The notes: generated from the sequence alone by a model not told the origin. Shown: positions 36,201 to 50,465, counted from the stretch's first letter. The stretch is DNA of 64,000 nucleotides from Antedon mediterranea (GCF_964355755.1 NC_092671.1:23076070-23140069), one strand, 5' to 3'. Numbers and translations: made by a program.

Positions 36201-36860
36201 GAGATATGACTGATAATGTGATTTCGCAAAATTGCGTATAAATGACGTCACGGATGATTGTACTAAGGATTATGAGTAGAATGTGATGTATACATCAAAT
36301 TTTATTTTTTACGCTTTTTAAAAATCCTGTGCGCAAAAATATATTTTTGCGCAGTAATTTTTTAAAACACGCAAATGGCCTATTTCATGCTCTAAATTGA
36401 TCAAAACTTAATTTTGAGCTTTTTAAAATTTTAACGCGCGATTTCACGTGCATAACCTTGAAACACGTAAGTTTTTATTTGTTAATATTTTTACCCTTCA
36501 CCTGAAGTTTACGTATAGTGAATTTTATTGATATGTGATAAAGAGTTATGGAGATATGATTGATAATGTGATTTCACAAAATCGCGTATACGTGACGTCA
36601 CGGTTGAGTGATCACGCTGAAAAGCTTATTATGGCTAAGTTAAAGTATTTGAAAGACATTGTGAAATTTTTGTGATCATTGTTATTCAACTTTTTGAGAT
36701 AATTGCTAAACAAAAAGTGTACAGAAAGAAGAATAATAACAATAATAATAAAGATTTTGTACAATAACAATAGGTGATCATTTTATTCTAAATGATCACC
36801 TAATAAAGATTTCATACAATAACAATAGGTGATCATTTTATTCTAAATGATCACCTAATA
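30237..36860 (+). repeat. Array of about 4.3 copies of a 1.55-kb Helentron/HINE-like non-autonomous element
   Basis: Heads actagaatttaattcgtcactttgacgaattataggtgatcattt at 30237, 31786, 33318 and 34875. Partial re-duplication from about 36259, terminal hairpins at about 36770 and 36826, and (aat)n flanks. Confidence 0.88.
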
Positions 36861-36933
36861 ATAATAATAACAATAATAATAATAATAGGATAGTACAATA
36901 TATATCTATTACTAGTAGTAGGCTAGTAGTAGT

Positions 36934-38422
36934 CAGAGGTCCCAACTTAGGAAAGTCCATTCGCAGGAGATTTTGTCGTGAACCACATTCAATTCGTCGG
37001 GGCGTCGAAAGTCAACGCGCGGGGAATCAAAAATCAACACGCGTGTCGTTTACGTCTCTTATAATTAACTAAATATGTTACATATACAGTATATACAATA
37101 TTTACACATAAGTTGGCTTAATTTTTACATAGGTTTATCCATCAGTATTTTTAATTTTACATTCTTATTTTTTTTATGGACACATCCTCAGTACAAAGAA
37201 TTTTAAAAATATATACTGTATTTTAACTAAAATTCAGTATATAAAATAATTTAACTTAATTACATAATGTACAATAAACACATAATAGTATTGCCCAATA
37301 GAATTTACTCATTTTTTTTAGGCACAGGCCTAGGCCTAGGGCTTCTACTAGGCCCTAGCTAGCTACCATTTTAAAACCAAAAAAAAAAATAATAATAATA
37401 AGAAATAACTATTCCGAATCCGTCTTATGCTACATTACGCGAGTTAACATATTATTTCAGATGAAAAACATTGAGTTTTATATTGTTTTATCCATACATG
37501 GAGATATAAAATAGATGATCCATACGTAATTACACTGGCATTAAAGATATAACATTAAAATGTAGGCCGTTTATGAGCTATTTCGCCGATTTCTTATCGC
37601 TGGGAAATTCCCCACCATCGACATCGATCGATCGAGGAGTAGGCCTAGGCTAGAATAGAGGCCTAGCGTGCATGCCGGAACGGGTGGATTATTGCTATAT
37701 AAATAACAAGTTTGAAAAAAAGAGCTTACGACAATCTTAGGTAAATTTGTATTAAACGTAGGCCTACTTGCTTGGCGAATCCATGCCTTTTAAATCATTT
37801 TAACATGTTCGTATTATCGGATCGTACAGTAAAACCAAATAAAACACCGCCTCAACAACCTCGTGCGATGTGCGATCTGTTGTTCTTTTTTGCAGCGGAT
37901 CAACATTGGTAGAGTCCATTAATTATGAGGGTGTTTAAAAATGTAATAACTATTAAAAACGTGTCTCAACCACTGTGTAATCAAAGCGTTTATTTAGTTA
38001 AAACTTGGATCCTCCCAAAATTGATAATCGCGTATTCCGGTGACCACGTGATTGATTCACGGTTGGTTGCACGCTTCTTTTTTTTTCTACGTCCGGCGTG
38101 TAGTACCGTGCATGTTTATATTATTGTTACGGTTTAACACAGGCAGTGCATACAAATAAAAACACAATAATAGACCACGGAGACTGCATGAATAGACATT
38201 GTTTCAACATCCTGCCTCACTTTTGTCTGGTTATATTGACTATTGTTGACCTGGGCTGAGCCTGGGTGTAACCGTAAATCAATTTGGCCAAAAATATGGG
38301 GAAATTTGAAAATGCGGTAAAAAAATCAAAATGCGGTAGAAAACGTCGAGATAGCGGTAGCGCGGTAGATCGGTACTAAAAGCGGTAGACTACCGCGAGT
38401 AGCGGTAGACTTGGGACCCCTG
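36934..38422. mobile_element. hAT-group non-autonomous element
   Basis: TIR cagaggtcccaa / ttgggacccctg, agtagt on both flanks, and clustered gcggta subterminal repeats at 38311-38410. Confidence 0.75.
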
Positions 38423-38849
38423 AGTAGTAGGTAAGACCTAGCCTAGCTAGGCTTTTATTTTTTATTAGGCCTATTCATTTTTTTTTCATTAGTATTTAGT
38501 ACAAAATATTAATAGGCCTATACTATTACTATCTATGCATAATAATAGTACAATATAAAATCATATTATTTATTAATTTTTACGGTACTATATAATATAG
38601 TATAGTTAAAGCCTATTTTTATTATTAATTAGCCTATTGGAGTAGACCATATTAAGTAATAATAGTAGTAGTAGTGTACTCAACTACTGTTTGTTGAAAA
38701 ATTATTAATTAATATTTGCATAATTGTTATTTTTCAGGTGTAGTTGATAATAATAATATTTAATAATAATATCTACCAGCCTAGTTTAAATGTAAGTTTT
38801 AGATATTTATTGCTATAGCAGTAAGGTAAGTGAAAGGTAGGTACACATT

Positions 38850-41800
38850 AATTAATACTTAGAATGCCTCGTGTGGTGGTGCAACTGAAAACAGATATTG
38901 GCATATTGCAAATGCTCTACCAAACCATGCATTGGCAGTAGAAAACTTGAAGTAACATTTTAAAGTAAGTGAGATGGATTGTATTTGTTGGAATTGCCAT
39001 AGGTGGAATACTACTGAACAACTGATAGCAAAGTAACCAAAGGTAGACCCTAGATCATGCCTTTTTTCAAATTGCACAAATCTACACCAAATCCACCAAA
39101 CTGACAAAGGGGATGAATGTAAGTTAAGGCAATGTTTCCAGCTTCCAGAAGCCCATGTTAAACAGGTACCACAATTGGATGGTAAGTTTTCTCTCTCACA
39201 GTCTGAAAATTGTAGTGTATGTGATCATCGTACACCGGGTGGCAGCAATAGAACATGTGGCGATGATGTTGACAAATTTAAATCGTATTTGATTGCACTT
39301 AATTTGTATGCTGAAGATATGGACTTGCATTTATGTTTGTCATGTTTGGAATCATAGCATAGGTACTGTAAAGGTGAGTCATTCATCAGAGAACAGCGAT
39401 GTTCGAAACATTTTTTTCAGAGTCTCATCGATTCACTTCAAGAAAATGTTGATTGCCAGAGCTGCATTGATGTAAGCATCTACAAGTCTGTAATTCACTT
39501 AGGGGAGGTTTTGCTTTCTGATAAAGCAATTTACAATGCAGGAATCATATGAGTTACACAAATTAACTGAAAAGCAGATGAAGAAACTATTACTTAAACG
39601 TACAAGGGCATCATTAGGTGAATGTGTAAAAAGCTACAGTGTCCCTGGAAACAAACATTTAGGAATTGTTTTTAGAAGGTTTGGTACCGACATCCAGAAT
39701 TGTTTGTTGAAATCTCTATAAGAGTGCAATAAGGAGAATGAGCGACTTAAAAGGCATGTTGAGGAAATGGAGAGAAAACTAAAAAGGTTTAGAGGCTCAA
39801 GGTAAGTGTCATTTGATAGCTGCAGCTGATGATCTACAGTCTAGAGTGGTCACTCAGGCTAAGGTGTTTTCGATAATAAGTTACCTATTGATACATTTGA
39901 TTTCATTTCACTCATTAGGTCTTTAGATCTTGTTGTTTGGAAATTTCTTGTGCGAATAAGTCTAAATAAACAAGAAGTTATGTCTTTTTTTATAATAAGA
40001 TGATATTTAGATGGGATACTCATTACACGAGTACACACAAGTCAACAACACTAAGTCATAGTAAGCAATTGAAGAGACTCAATCTAATATGTTGCCTTCT
40101 GTTTTTGCAAAATGACCAGGCTTATCTTCCTTGCTAATCACTGATATTTGGTGACAAGTTTACACGCTCCTCCGGGAAATTTGTAAGTATCTTGTCACAG
40201 TTTGGGATATGTGTATCAAAAGACACTTTACTTACCAGAAACATGTTGCAGAACAGGAGATGGTCAATAAACAGTTTTTAGCTAATTCATTCAAAGTTGT
40301 TTCTATAGATAACATTGACAAAAACTCACAATATGCAGCTGTCCGATCATCGGAGCACTCGCGTGGATTCACGGTACCTTAATTCAAGCTGTTCAATCCT
40401 ACTACAGCATGTAAGACAAATGTAACTACTATTTCTCAGGTTCCCCAGGTAACTCAGAGCTGCATGGTACAGCAGGTGGAAATTGGAAGAGAAAAGGAGA
40501 ATTTGTCAGTCAACAGTGTCAAGTTATGACAAAAGTTTAATCAACTAAATCCACAGAGAGGTCGATGTTCCAATCTGAATATAGAGGACTTCCAGCTGTC
40601 AAATGATGAGTCTGCTGCTTTATCTACACAGGAACATTTTCTTTTTCAGTATATCATGACAAAGACTTCGGCAAAACGAAGAAACCAGAACTCTCTTTAC
40701 CAGGTTTGAAAGCTGCACATCATAGTGTCGGCTTTCCTAACACCAAGAAATCAGAAATTCAGTTTGTTGCAGTTCTTCCTGAACTAGCTGACAGCAAGGA
40801 GACAATTAAATACTTGTTGTCAATGTTTTATACTAAAAATGATATTGGTAATTCCAGAGATCAATTAGTTGTGGCAGGTGATGGAAAAACATACGACATT
40901 CTAATGAATTTGAAAAGGGAGTATGGTACAGACCTTCTTGACTGGATGTTACCCTACATAGGTGATTGGCATCTTTTAAAGAACTGTAGGGGCCCTATTA
41001 TGAAAGTGTACCTAGATGCAGGTCTCAAGGACTGATTGCTGAAAGGAGGATACCGTGGTGCTAAGCTTACACCAGTTGCTAATGCCACTTTTTTTTACAC
41101 AATGCATCATTTTCTTTTGCAGGTTTAGAAGGCTTTTATCAATTTCAGGTTAAAGCATTTTTTGATCGTACGGAATTGCGAGATGAGATCACATCTAATA
41201 TATATCATTGTATTTCTGCTTCTTTGAATAGTGAACATTTTTCATATCTGGATACTAGTTCAATGTTATCAGCTCACCCAGTATACAAGGAAAGATTTGA
41301 CAAGTTTTGTAGTGAATTATGTCTAAACAAGGCCAACAGCCATAATTCGCGTGCTAAAACGCATAGTGATACCGGACCGACAGACAGACCGACATAGTAA
41401 ACAATAGAGTCGCGTCCACGCGACTAAAAATGCAACTTTCAGGTTCTGGCATCACTTTGTTCATTGTGATATGTTCCACTACATAAATCTTTATCTTGCT
41501 ATTTGCAGTCAAAATTTTGATCTCAGGAATGCATGTGTTCTCCAGCTAACTCTATTATTCCATGCATTAGATAGGCACATGCATCTAAAAATAATTCCTT
41601 TTCATATACTGTAGCTGATCTAAAGAAATATCCTGCACACATTCTTGAATGCTTTTCACAGGGTGCATTCACAATTAGTATCACTGGCGATAATTGGTCA
41701 TGTGTAGCCATTGATGAGGCACATGAGATGGTAATCAACAAGAATGTAAAGATGGCTTTGACAACAACAGGAACAGAAGGATTATCAAAGTTAGTACACC

Positions 41801-42400
41801 ATCTTCCCCACCGGACACAATCTGTATGCAATTTATCCTTTGATGAGTCGTAAAATTGGATGTTCATCACCTCAATTTCTGTCTCCTTATCTAATTAAAT
41901 ATGAAGAGGAGAATATACTTGTTTTTTTCACAGAACTGCAGAGTGCTTTTATACCATTCATTCACAGGACAGGCTGCAGCACCAAAAGCCTCCACCGATT
42001 TGCTGAATTTCTTTGAATATGGCCAGCAAGATTTAAACGCTTACCTTAAATGTATAGTTCTTAATGTTCCAGGTGCAAAGCGACCACAACGAAAGAAAAG
42101 AAATATCACCACTTTCACTCCGCCAAAGAAGACTGTTGCAAAACAGAGAAAGGAAATCCAAAATCAGAAATTACAGATATCCTGTTTAAGAAAACAGGTT
42201 GCTTGGTCAAAATCACAAAATCAGGCTGTCTCTGACTTTCACCAAGTTCTTTCTCTTCCTAGGGCTTTATGTTCAGCAGATGGCATACCGCACAAAGCTA
42301 GTAAGGCTGTTCATCTACCTTTTTTAATTCAAGGTATCCTAATGCTTTCACAGATATCTATACTCACACCAAGGAAGCAACAGCATATGGGCAATTTCAC
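38850..42400 (+). pseudogene. Degenerate large DNA-transposon gene, Academ-like
   Basis: Broken frames carrying VSIDNID..FHGT, VVAGDGKTY, PYIGDWHLLKN, TFRFWHHF, AIDEAHEMVINKNVK and LPRALCSADGIPHK. Confidence 0.65.
41326..41427 (+). mobile_element. Miniature HINE/DINE-1-like insertion of about 100 bp
   Basis: aacaag head, gaccgacagacagaccgac microsatellite and agtcgcgtccacgcgact hairpin in an A run. Removing it restores CLKNATFRFW. Confidence 0.75.
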
Positions 42401-44944
42401 AGTAACCTAGGCCGCAAGTGTCTCACAGGGTCAAAAATTCGAAGAAGTCCTTTTTTTACATATTTTTCAATTAATTTTGAAACATACAGGTTTATATTTA
42501 ATAAAAAATAATATTATAAAGCTACAACTATCCGGACATTTTCACAGTAATAGTAGGAATTTAGTAACTGGAAGAATTTTATTGAAAAATTTGGAAATCA
42601 ACATCTCAATATTTTTTATCATAACACAAAAGCCACTGCTTATTTGGCTAATATTTAATTACTAGTACAGTCTAGTATCAATATAAAAAATATACTCGCG
42701 CTTTATATAAACATCATATGAGTGGAAAAATTGAATTTGTCTGAGAATTTTAACAATAAATGTTGAATAATTAGCAAACATTAGACTCAAATAAAAAAAT
42801 TGTTGTATTATATAGCTACAAATACAATAAAACCAACTAATTGCCACTTCTACAGCTTACTGTGTTAACATTTGAGGAAAAAAAAAACCACAATTAGTGG
42901 TGATACTGATAGTAAATACAATTATATCGAATCTCAATTTATTCCTGGTAGCAAACAGATTGAATTGCTTTCATTTATCTCAGCGGTATTTCTGCTTGGT
43001 GATTAAGAAATCATAAAACATATCTTTCTTTATTTTCATGGTATTCCAATATGTTTAAAAAATAACTACCCTCAACTTTAAATAACAAATTAAATAAGTC
43101 TACTAAACATTGTTGATTTCCCATGGACCCAACAATACCCCAACTATTTCATTAATAATTGTTTATTTGTAACAGTTTATTTGAAATCCTTGTCCTTTGT
43201 TAATTCAATTGTGTGACAATTAAATTAGATTGTACATGCTTATGCTGTATATTATGTAAAAAGATGATTCATGGTAATATCAGATTCTTAAAAAAGATCA
43301 ACACTAACACTTTGAATTCTCAAAATGTGTTCTATATCTTTATTTGGAGTTAGACTCGTACTACATTTATTAAAATCATAAACAAATAGCCGGCAGGCGT
43401 GTGTACAGAGGGGGCACAAAAAAACTATTACCTACTAATATTGTACACAGTTTTATTACATCCTTTTTTAAAGTAACACTAACAGTGCATATTCAATATA
43501 AAACGTCAATACGTAGTTACGAGGCGGTATTAACTAGGCTCATAGTTGTTTACCACTCCACGCCAATGATATGAATAAAGCCTATCTTATTAAATAGTAT
43601 CGCGCCCGCGCATATACAAAAAAAAGTTACAAAGGTTCACATATTTATATTAACGATTTTTTTTTTACAAATTAAATAATAAAAATAATTAATAAGCGCT
43701 CGGCTTATCAATGATGGAGGCATAAAAATGGGGGCGTAGGATACCATTTTACCAGGGAGATGTAAAATAATTATTTAACAAACATTTAACTGGTTGGTTT
43801 TACTGCGTTCGCGTACAATTTATCATTTGGATTTTTTAAGTTATATGTAGGTTATGTTAAATTGTATTTATCAGTGACAACTCTAGGAAATTTACAGCAA
43901 TTAGTTCTGTATGCCTAAAATAGTAAAATGCTCTAAATAAAAACGTCGGAGCTTCTTTTTTGTATTTCTGGCTGTTGAATGTTTTGTTGGCACCCCCTAA
44001 CTCTGCAACGATGATATCCATAATGCATCGTATTTCCATTTCACCGTTGTTGATATACTACTAGCTAGAGTAGGTTATTAAAATAATACAATATAACCAA
44101 ATCTAATATATGGGGGAAAGCTAGCTAGCTTATTTTCACAATGAGTGTACCACAGACTCTTTTCCTTGGCGTATTTTCCCCAGGCCTAGTTACTCTTAGT
44201 TTACTAGAGCTGCTGCAGTAGCTATACTGCATATTCGATATATACAATTACAATATGCCTATAGCCTAGCTAGCTAGAAGTCATCAAATTTACTATCTAC
44301 CTGGGCCTACTGTAACTAGGCCTACATCCCATTTTTATTTTTGTTTATGGTGAGTTAAAACCCGTAGCCAAAAAATCAACAATGATGATTGAAAATGAAT
44401 GAAATCTGATCCATCCATGTGATGCATGTATGCAGCGCACATAACACAGGCACATTTTGGGCGAATTTATTTGTATCATTCCATATATATAATAGGGAGC
44501 CACATGTATTCTACATTTTTATTAAATCGTAATTTATGGATTTTACTTACTCGTTTTAAATTTAATATACTGCGGGCCCAATTTAATATTTATTTATTTA
44601 TTTCCGAGTACATTAATATTATTTAAAGCACTTTCAAATTAATAACAGCACATTTTGTGTGATTCACTTATTAATGGAACATACAAAAGGTAAAGAAATA
44701 GCAGAGGGGATAAACAAGGCAGAACAGCCTGGGTGGGTTTTTATGCTTGCTAGAAAAACAACGTCTAGTAAAATACAGCACCAATTTTTTTCATTCGCAA
44801 AAACTATGAACTAAATCATCATAGGAAATTTATTGTACATATACCGACTGAAAAAAAAAAAATTGTACACTAATTATTGAAGTCAAGATGCTCCTGCGAT
44901 CGTAAACGTATGCGATCGTCGTCTTGTAAAAAGAGGGACAGTCC

Positions 44945-45170
44945 CTTTTCGCTTGGTAATACGATACAGTTTGTATACACGCGTCGTCGTATACGGATCG
45001 TATAATTAGGAAATTGTTTATAAATGATCGTATACGGTTCGTTGTTTATTATGCGGGCAGGAACTTCCGAATTGACGTATACGTTTCGTATACGAAGTGG
45101 ACTTCCTATACGAAACATATACGAAACGTATGTAAATCGTATACGTTCGTATACGGTTTTTTTGCAAAGG
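44945..45170. repeat. cgtatacg-rich subterminal repeat block, probable DNA-transposon end
   Basis: Many palindromic cgtatacg/atacg motifs ending in ttttttgcaaaggg. No partner end found. Confidence 0.5.
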
Positions 45171-45661
45171 GTAGTGCTCTCAGTGACCACAATTTTATCT
45201 ATACCATAGATTCCACTTTTGTATGCTCTGTCCTGGTGTCCCGCCCAACCCTTGAAATGTCCTGCTTTCAATTTCAATTTCTTGTACTACCTTTAAACTT
45301 GGCTAGACAAGGTCACTGCTCACTCACAACTCAAGCACTCGGCAGACACACGATAAAACAGCAGAGTTTCGCACATGGGAATTTCAAAGTTCCACTGACT
45401 AGGAACTGTAGAAAACATATGCTAATTTTGAAATTTACTACTACAGTAATTTAGAAATTCTAAAAAATTTGCTAGCATGAAATTTGAGCTTTGATAATTA
45501 CTTTGCACAAGTGTATTTCATGAAATAAAATTTAGATTTTAACTTTTAGACCTAACTGCATTTACTCTTTGCACACAAATATGTGAAACATTTGCAAAAA
45601 CAATTTCAATAGGATGCAAAGAGCGGATACCTAAAAAAATAGACTTTACAATCACAATGAA

Positions 45662-46758
45662 TCTATATATAAATTTACGTAAGGGCAAAAATTGGTAAAT
45701 CGTGCGTTATTTCTAGAATGTTTACTCGATGGTATATAAAGTTGGTTCGTACTTTCGGTACTAATTTTAACCACCTGATGTAACCCTCTTTACTAATTAA
45801 ATTGAGTTCAATAATTAGTTATTGACGATTAAAACGAATTTAGGTTCAACGATTTGTCTCAAATAGGGGTGTTTTCCAATCGTGGTATACACTGTCTAAT
45901 GGATGTAAATTTGAAAATTACCCGCACACAATAATACGAGGACACTTCGCATTTTCCTATCTCCTCCTACGATAATTGTTTTTAATAGCTGAAAACCGGT
46001 TGAACAGTTCGAGTACAGCATCATAATGTTGAAGACAGGCCGATTTTCTTTAAAAAATGCTATTTTGATACATGTAATATACGTTTTTACAAATGTATTG
46101 ATTTGTGATGAATGGAACATTCCAAATTATTTGGTTTAACCATAGAGGTATAGATTTAGATTTATGGGCCCCCTTGGAGAATAAACATAAATAGTATTGC
46201 AATGCTGTACAATACTGTTAAGGTATTAACCACTTTTGATCGCAATTTGAATCGCAAATTTCTTACTGTGAGTGTTGGTACTGTTAGTTTTAATATAAAC
46301 AAATATACAAATAAACTTTATTACTGTGAGTGTGGGTAGGCCCTACTGTTAGATTATAAACATATAATATACAAATAAATAAACGTTATTACTGACAGTT
46401 GCTTCTCAACGTTTGTATTAATTAATAATTTAAAAATATATAAACGTACGTAGTTGTGTATCGTTACATGTACTTTACTATTTCAATCGACTATGACAGT
46501 GAGAGTTTTAACAAAGTATTAAATCGTAATTGTTTTACTGTATTTAGTGGTATATTATTTATAGGCCTATAAAACATTAAAAACAATATTTCGTTATCGT
46601 GTATATTTATTCGTTTCTGTAAACGACAATGTATTATAGTCCTGCAGTACGTACATTTGAAATCTCCAATTTTTTCTCGCTGGAAAATACTGTGTATTCG
46701 AGAACCATCTGTGGGCACGACCTAAATGGTACGCGAGCGAAGCGAGCGTGCCATCTAG
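45662..46758 (+). mobile_element. Non-autonomous Helitron
   Basis: A|TCTATATATAAA 5' end. GC-rich hairpin-like gcgagcgaagcgagcgtg followed by CTAG|T at the 3' end. No TSD. Confidence 0.7.
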
Positions 46759-46798
46759 TAACCAAAAATTAACTTAAATAATCAATCTAAAAACTTAC

Positions 46799-46844
46799 AT
46801 TTCTTCCATAATTTGTAGGTTTTCTTTTTTTTCTTCATTAATAT
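46799..46844 (-). CDS. Candidate upstream 46-nt exon of the same gene (INEEKKENLQIMEE)
   Basis: Strong acceptor ctcttcctttttccAG and donor GTaagt. Ends in phase 2, which fits the 28230 exon. No recognisable homology. Confidence 0.4.
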
Positions 46845-47936
46845 CTGGAAAAAGGAAGAGAAACTTTATTTTACTCATGACTGTGTATGAAATGGTTAAA
46901 AATGTACAATGATGATGGTGTCTGTTTAGTGTATTGAATTCTATTGTACATAGTAATGTAACAAGTAGAACTGCGGTTAAAATGGTATTCAATATATTAA
47001 AATTTTTTTACTACAAATTGTAATTAATTGATGAGTTGTTTTGCAATATTGAAGGTGATGATGAGTGCAATATGCATGCCTGCATAGACAATCAGGAGAT
47101 CCGAATGATCAGATAAGAGCCGCCGAATTGACTTTCCGTACTCGGAAAAAGGGGACCCTTTGTTTATACCTAGCATCCCAGCCGTGGCTTCTTTGATCAT
47201 AGTTAATGTCATCTCATTCTATTTATCAACCATTTTATTTTATTTTATTTTATTTACTTTCAGTTCAGTTTCAGATTTTATTTCCCACATAAATATAATA
47301 CAATACATACATTTATCTTTTTTTAAATAAAAATGTGTGTGGAGAATGCATTAAGCCAATTTGGCTTTAGGTCTGAACCTCCAGATGAAACAAATACATT
47401 TACATGTTTTATAATGTTGAGGGTATTACGCTATTTGTTTCTTAGATGATGAGTGCAATATGCACGCCTGCATAGACAATGCATGTCTCCCTAACTGAGG
47501 ATCGAAACAGCCATATATCGGTGCCATATCAACTACATTAAACAAAGTAATTGGCTTATATATATGTTTGAAATTAATGTAGCCTAAGGCATGTGTTTGG
47601 ACTTTATATAACAGTATTTAATATATTTTTTGGAATTGTGAGCATGTGTAATTATAAATGATGGCTGTCCTGGGATACAACCCATTTTATTTATTTTTCA
47701 CTAATTCGATAATTAAATAAACATTATTGACAGCAGTTTACCACCAGAGCATAGAGCAAATGCTCTAGCCTCTATGATCAGAGAAAGGAACTAAAGTTCA
47801 TTGACATTGGCACATGGTCTAATCAGCATCTCTTTACATATGCCATACCAAAGCTAAAAACTTTTAACCAGGTACGTACTTGTATGTTCTATAATTAAAT
47901 AAACAACCACCCAGACTAGTCTCTAGAGGAGGCCTA

Positions 47937-50465
47937 GGGTAGAGGGTGCGGTACTCGGACGATAACACTATAAATGTACACAATTGCTAAAATTGTACAT
48001 TTTGACAAACTTTTAGAATTTTAATAGAAACTTACAAATATAACTGTAATAATAATTTAGTGTCGACAAAAACAACAACTATTCATATCTAGAAGGGCCC
48101 TGGATTACCTATAGACCTTCAAGGATCGGTACTCGGACGCGTTTTTTGGTACTCGGACGCCCTCAATGTTTTGTTTATATTTCGCATTTTTTCAATTAAA
48201 ATTTTTTTTTTTTTAATATACAAATATAATTATTTTATTCTTTATATTTACAAAAAATTATTTATAATATTTGATTTTTATAGAGATATTGAATTACTTT
48301 AGGGGCCGTCCAAAAACTAATTTTACGCGTGTTCCGCGATTTTACCTTCATAGTTCATTGAACCTCGTTTCCGCGGAATGTGCGATACAAAAATATTCAT
48401 TCGGAATGCTCGCGGAACGCAATTGATGAATATTCATATCAACAATCAAAATGTTGCCGCCCACATATCGCGAGTTCCGCGGGTGGCGGCCTAATAAATA
48501 GATGAGATAATAGTACAGAATAGCACGTTTTTTTAGGTCTAGCTAGGTTGGCCGACTACGACTACAGTAGGCTAGTACTCTACTAGGCCTAGTCCTACTT
48601 AAACTACTCTGATACTAATGGAGAAAATGATACGAAAACAATTTGTTTGTAGGCCTTAACTACAACTATTCATACAAAGGGTTTCAACCACGGTAAAATT
48701 CAAGCCCATGACATTATGTAGTAGAATATAAATTATAGTTATTTTCCGTGTTTCGATTTTTAAAGCTTTTTTTTAATATAAAATTCAAAACACGGACGGA
48801 CGCCGACCCCTCTCTCTCTCTGTTAGTTTAGAATTAATTCTGCACATGTATTGTGGAATATACCATTTCTTTGAGGTCGGTAAAAACGCGTTCGTTAATT
48901 TAGTGTACGACGTTAAACAAGATTTTTCGATGATCTGTCGGCTGGATTATTTAGGTGGGTGCGATAAACTATAAATATAATATACTTCCAACGATCTTCG
49001 GATTGAGGTGCGTTTTAACTTGGTTACTAAAAGTGGACACCCCTAATTTTAGACGTATAATGGACTGCACCATGCAGGAACGCACATGGTATTTTCTTAT
49101 CAGAGGGTGCGTGGAGGATGTATGTACACGACACGACGCCGTGTGAAATTTCTTATCAGAGGGGTGCGTGTGTGTCAAATGGAATTGTTTTCCCAATGAA
49201 TTGAATTGCATGTGTTCTCGATCGGATCGGCGGTGGGAGGATAGGCTAGGAGTGCGTGTAATGCGTCGTAATCTGATTTATTATTTTCTTTCTGTACTGT
49301 ACACAGGGGACTATCATTGTTTAACAAGCAAGCATTTCATAATAAATCTAGGCCTACCTTGGTAGTTGTTTTTACCAGGCTAGCGGCGTGGCAATGACAA
49401 TGTGGCGACAACGTTAAAAAATGTAAACGCAAGAAGGAGGCCTCTGCAAGCAAGGGAAATCCCCTTGCAAAGAAGTCAGGCGAATATGTTTGCGTCTCGT
49501 CCGAGTCGTTGTGTAAACAAATCTTCTTGACATTATTTTCTATCTACTTCAGGGGTTTTTATTGTGGTAAAACTCGGGAAGGGCACTCACATTTCATTTA
49601 TTATTATCTATATATTTATTAATAACAAAAACAAGATCAGACACACGAATGGATATAACAATTGTAAACAATATTGAAATATAATTTGTTCTTCTGTAAA
49701 AATCAATTACCGTAATACCTGGCTGGCAAAGCGTTATTCAAACGAGCACTATATTCTCTAGTATTGGCAATACTGCCGCGAGTTCCGCGATATTGTAAGG
49801 CTTTCGCGAGTCTCGCGATATTAATTAATATTCATGAGTTCCGCGAGAAAATCAAGCTTGAATGATTTTGCCTCATTACCGCAAGAGACGTTCACTTTCA
49901 TGGTTGAGTAAGTAATAGGGTATGTTATCGCGGAACTCGTGGAAAATTAGTTTTTGGACGGCCCCTTAAAAAATGCGACTAATTAATTTTAGTGATTAAT
50001 TACATGTTTCTATATATAGCGCCACCTACTGTCCGACTTCTAAAACAGGGTACCATTTTGGTTCTTGGTATTTGAAGCCCTCTATCAGACATATCCACGT
50101 GTAGCGGCAATTTTTTTTAACAACGAAGTAAGAGTTCAGAACCAACTATTAAAATCAAATTTTGGGTTAATTTTACACATTTTAAATAATTTTGGTGTAG
50201 ATTTTATAGACCTATGACCTTATAAGTTTCTTTAAAAACCCAAAATCACGCGTGACCTTGAACTTGACCTCACACAAATTACTGGTTTTAGAAGCGATGT
50301 TCATGGAAAATTGTAATTTTTTTTGGTTACCCAGCAATGTGACATCGGTAATGAATAATTCATGAAGAAAAATTATTTGATTGGTCAATATTTTATAAAT
50401 ATTCATAAGTAAACAGTATCAGGTGTCCGAGTACCAACAATGTCCGGGTACCGCGCCCTCTACCC
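47937..50465. mobile_element. Tc1/mariner-pogo-like non-autonomous element (outer)
   Basis: TA|gggtagagggtgcggtactcggac ... gtccgggtaccgcgccctctaccc|TA, with internal ggtactcggac repeats. Confidence 0.8.
48302..49965. mobile_element. Harbinger/Tourist-like non-autonomous element (nested)
   Basis: TTA|ggggccgtccaaaaactaatttt ... aaaattagtttttggacggcccc|TTA, with ttccgcg subterminal repeats. Confidence 0.88.

Noticed and set aside
42408-42440. Right terminus of the Academ-like element (taggccgcaagtg)
   Set aside because: It starts with TAG, but no convincing inverted partner was found.
47056-47515. Hammerhead ribozyme or Penelope end near a 35-bp direct repeat
   Set aside because: ctgagga..gaaac lacks a credible stem II and flanking helices. 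Only the direct repeat at about 47056 and 47446 is clear.
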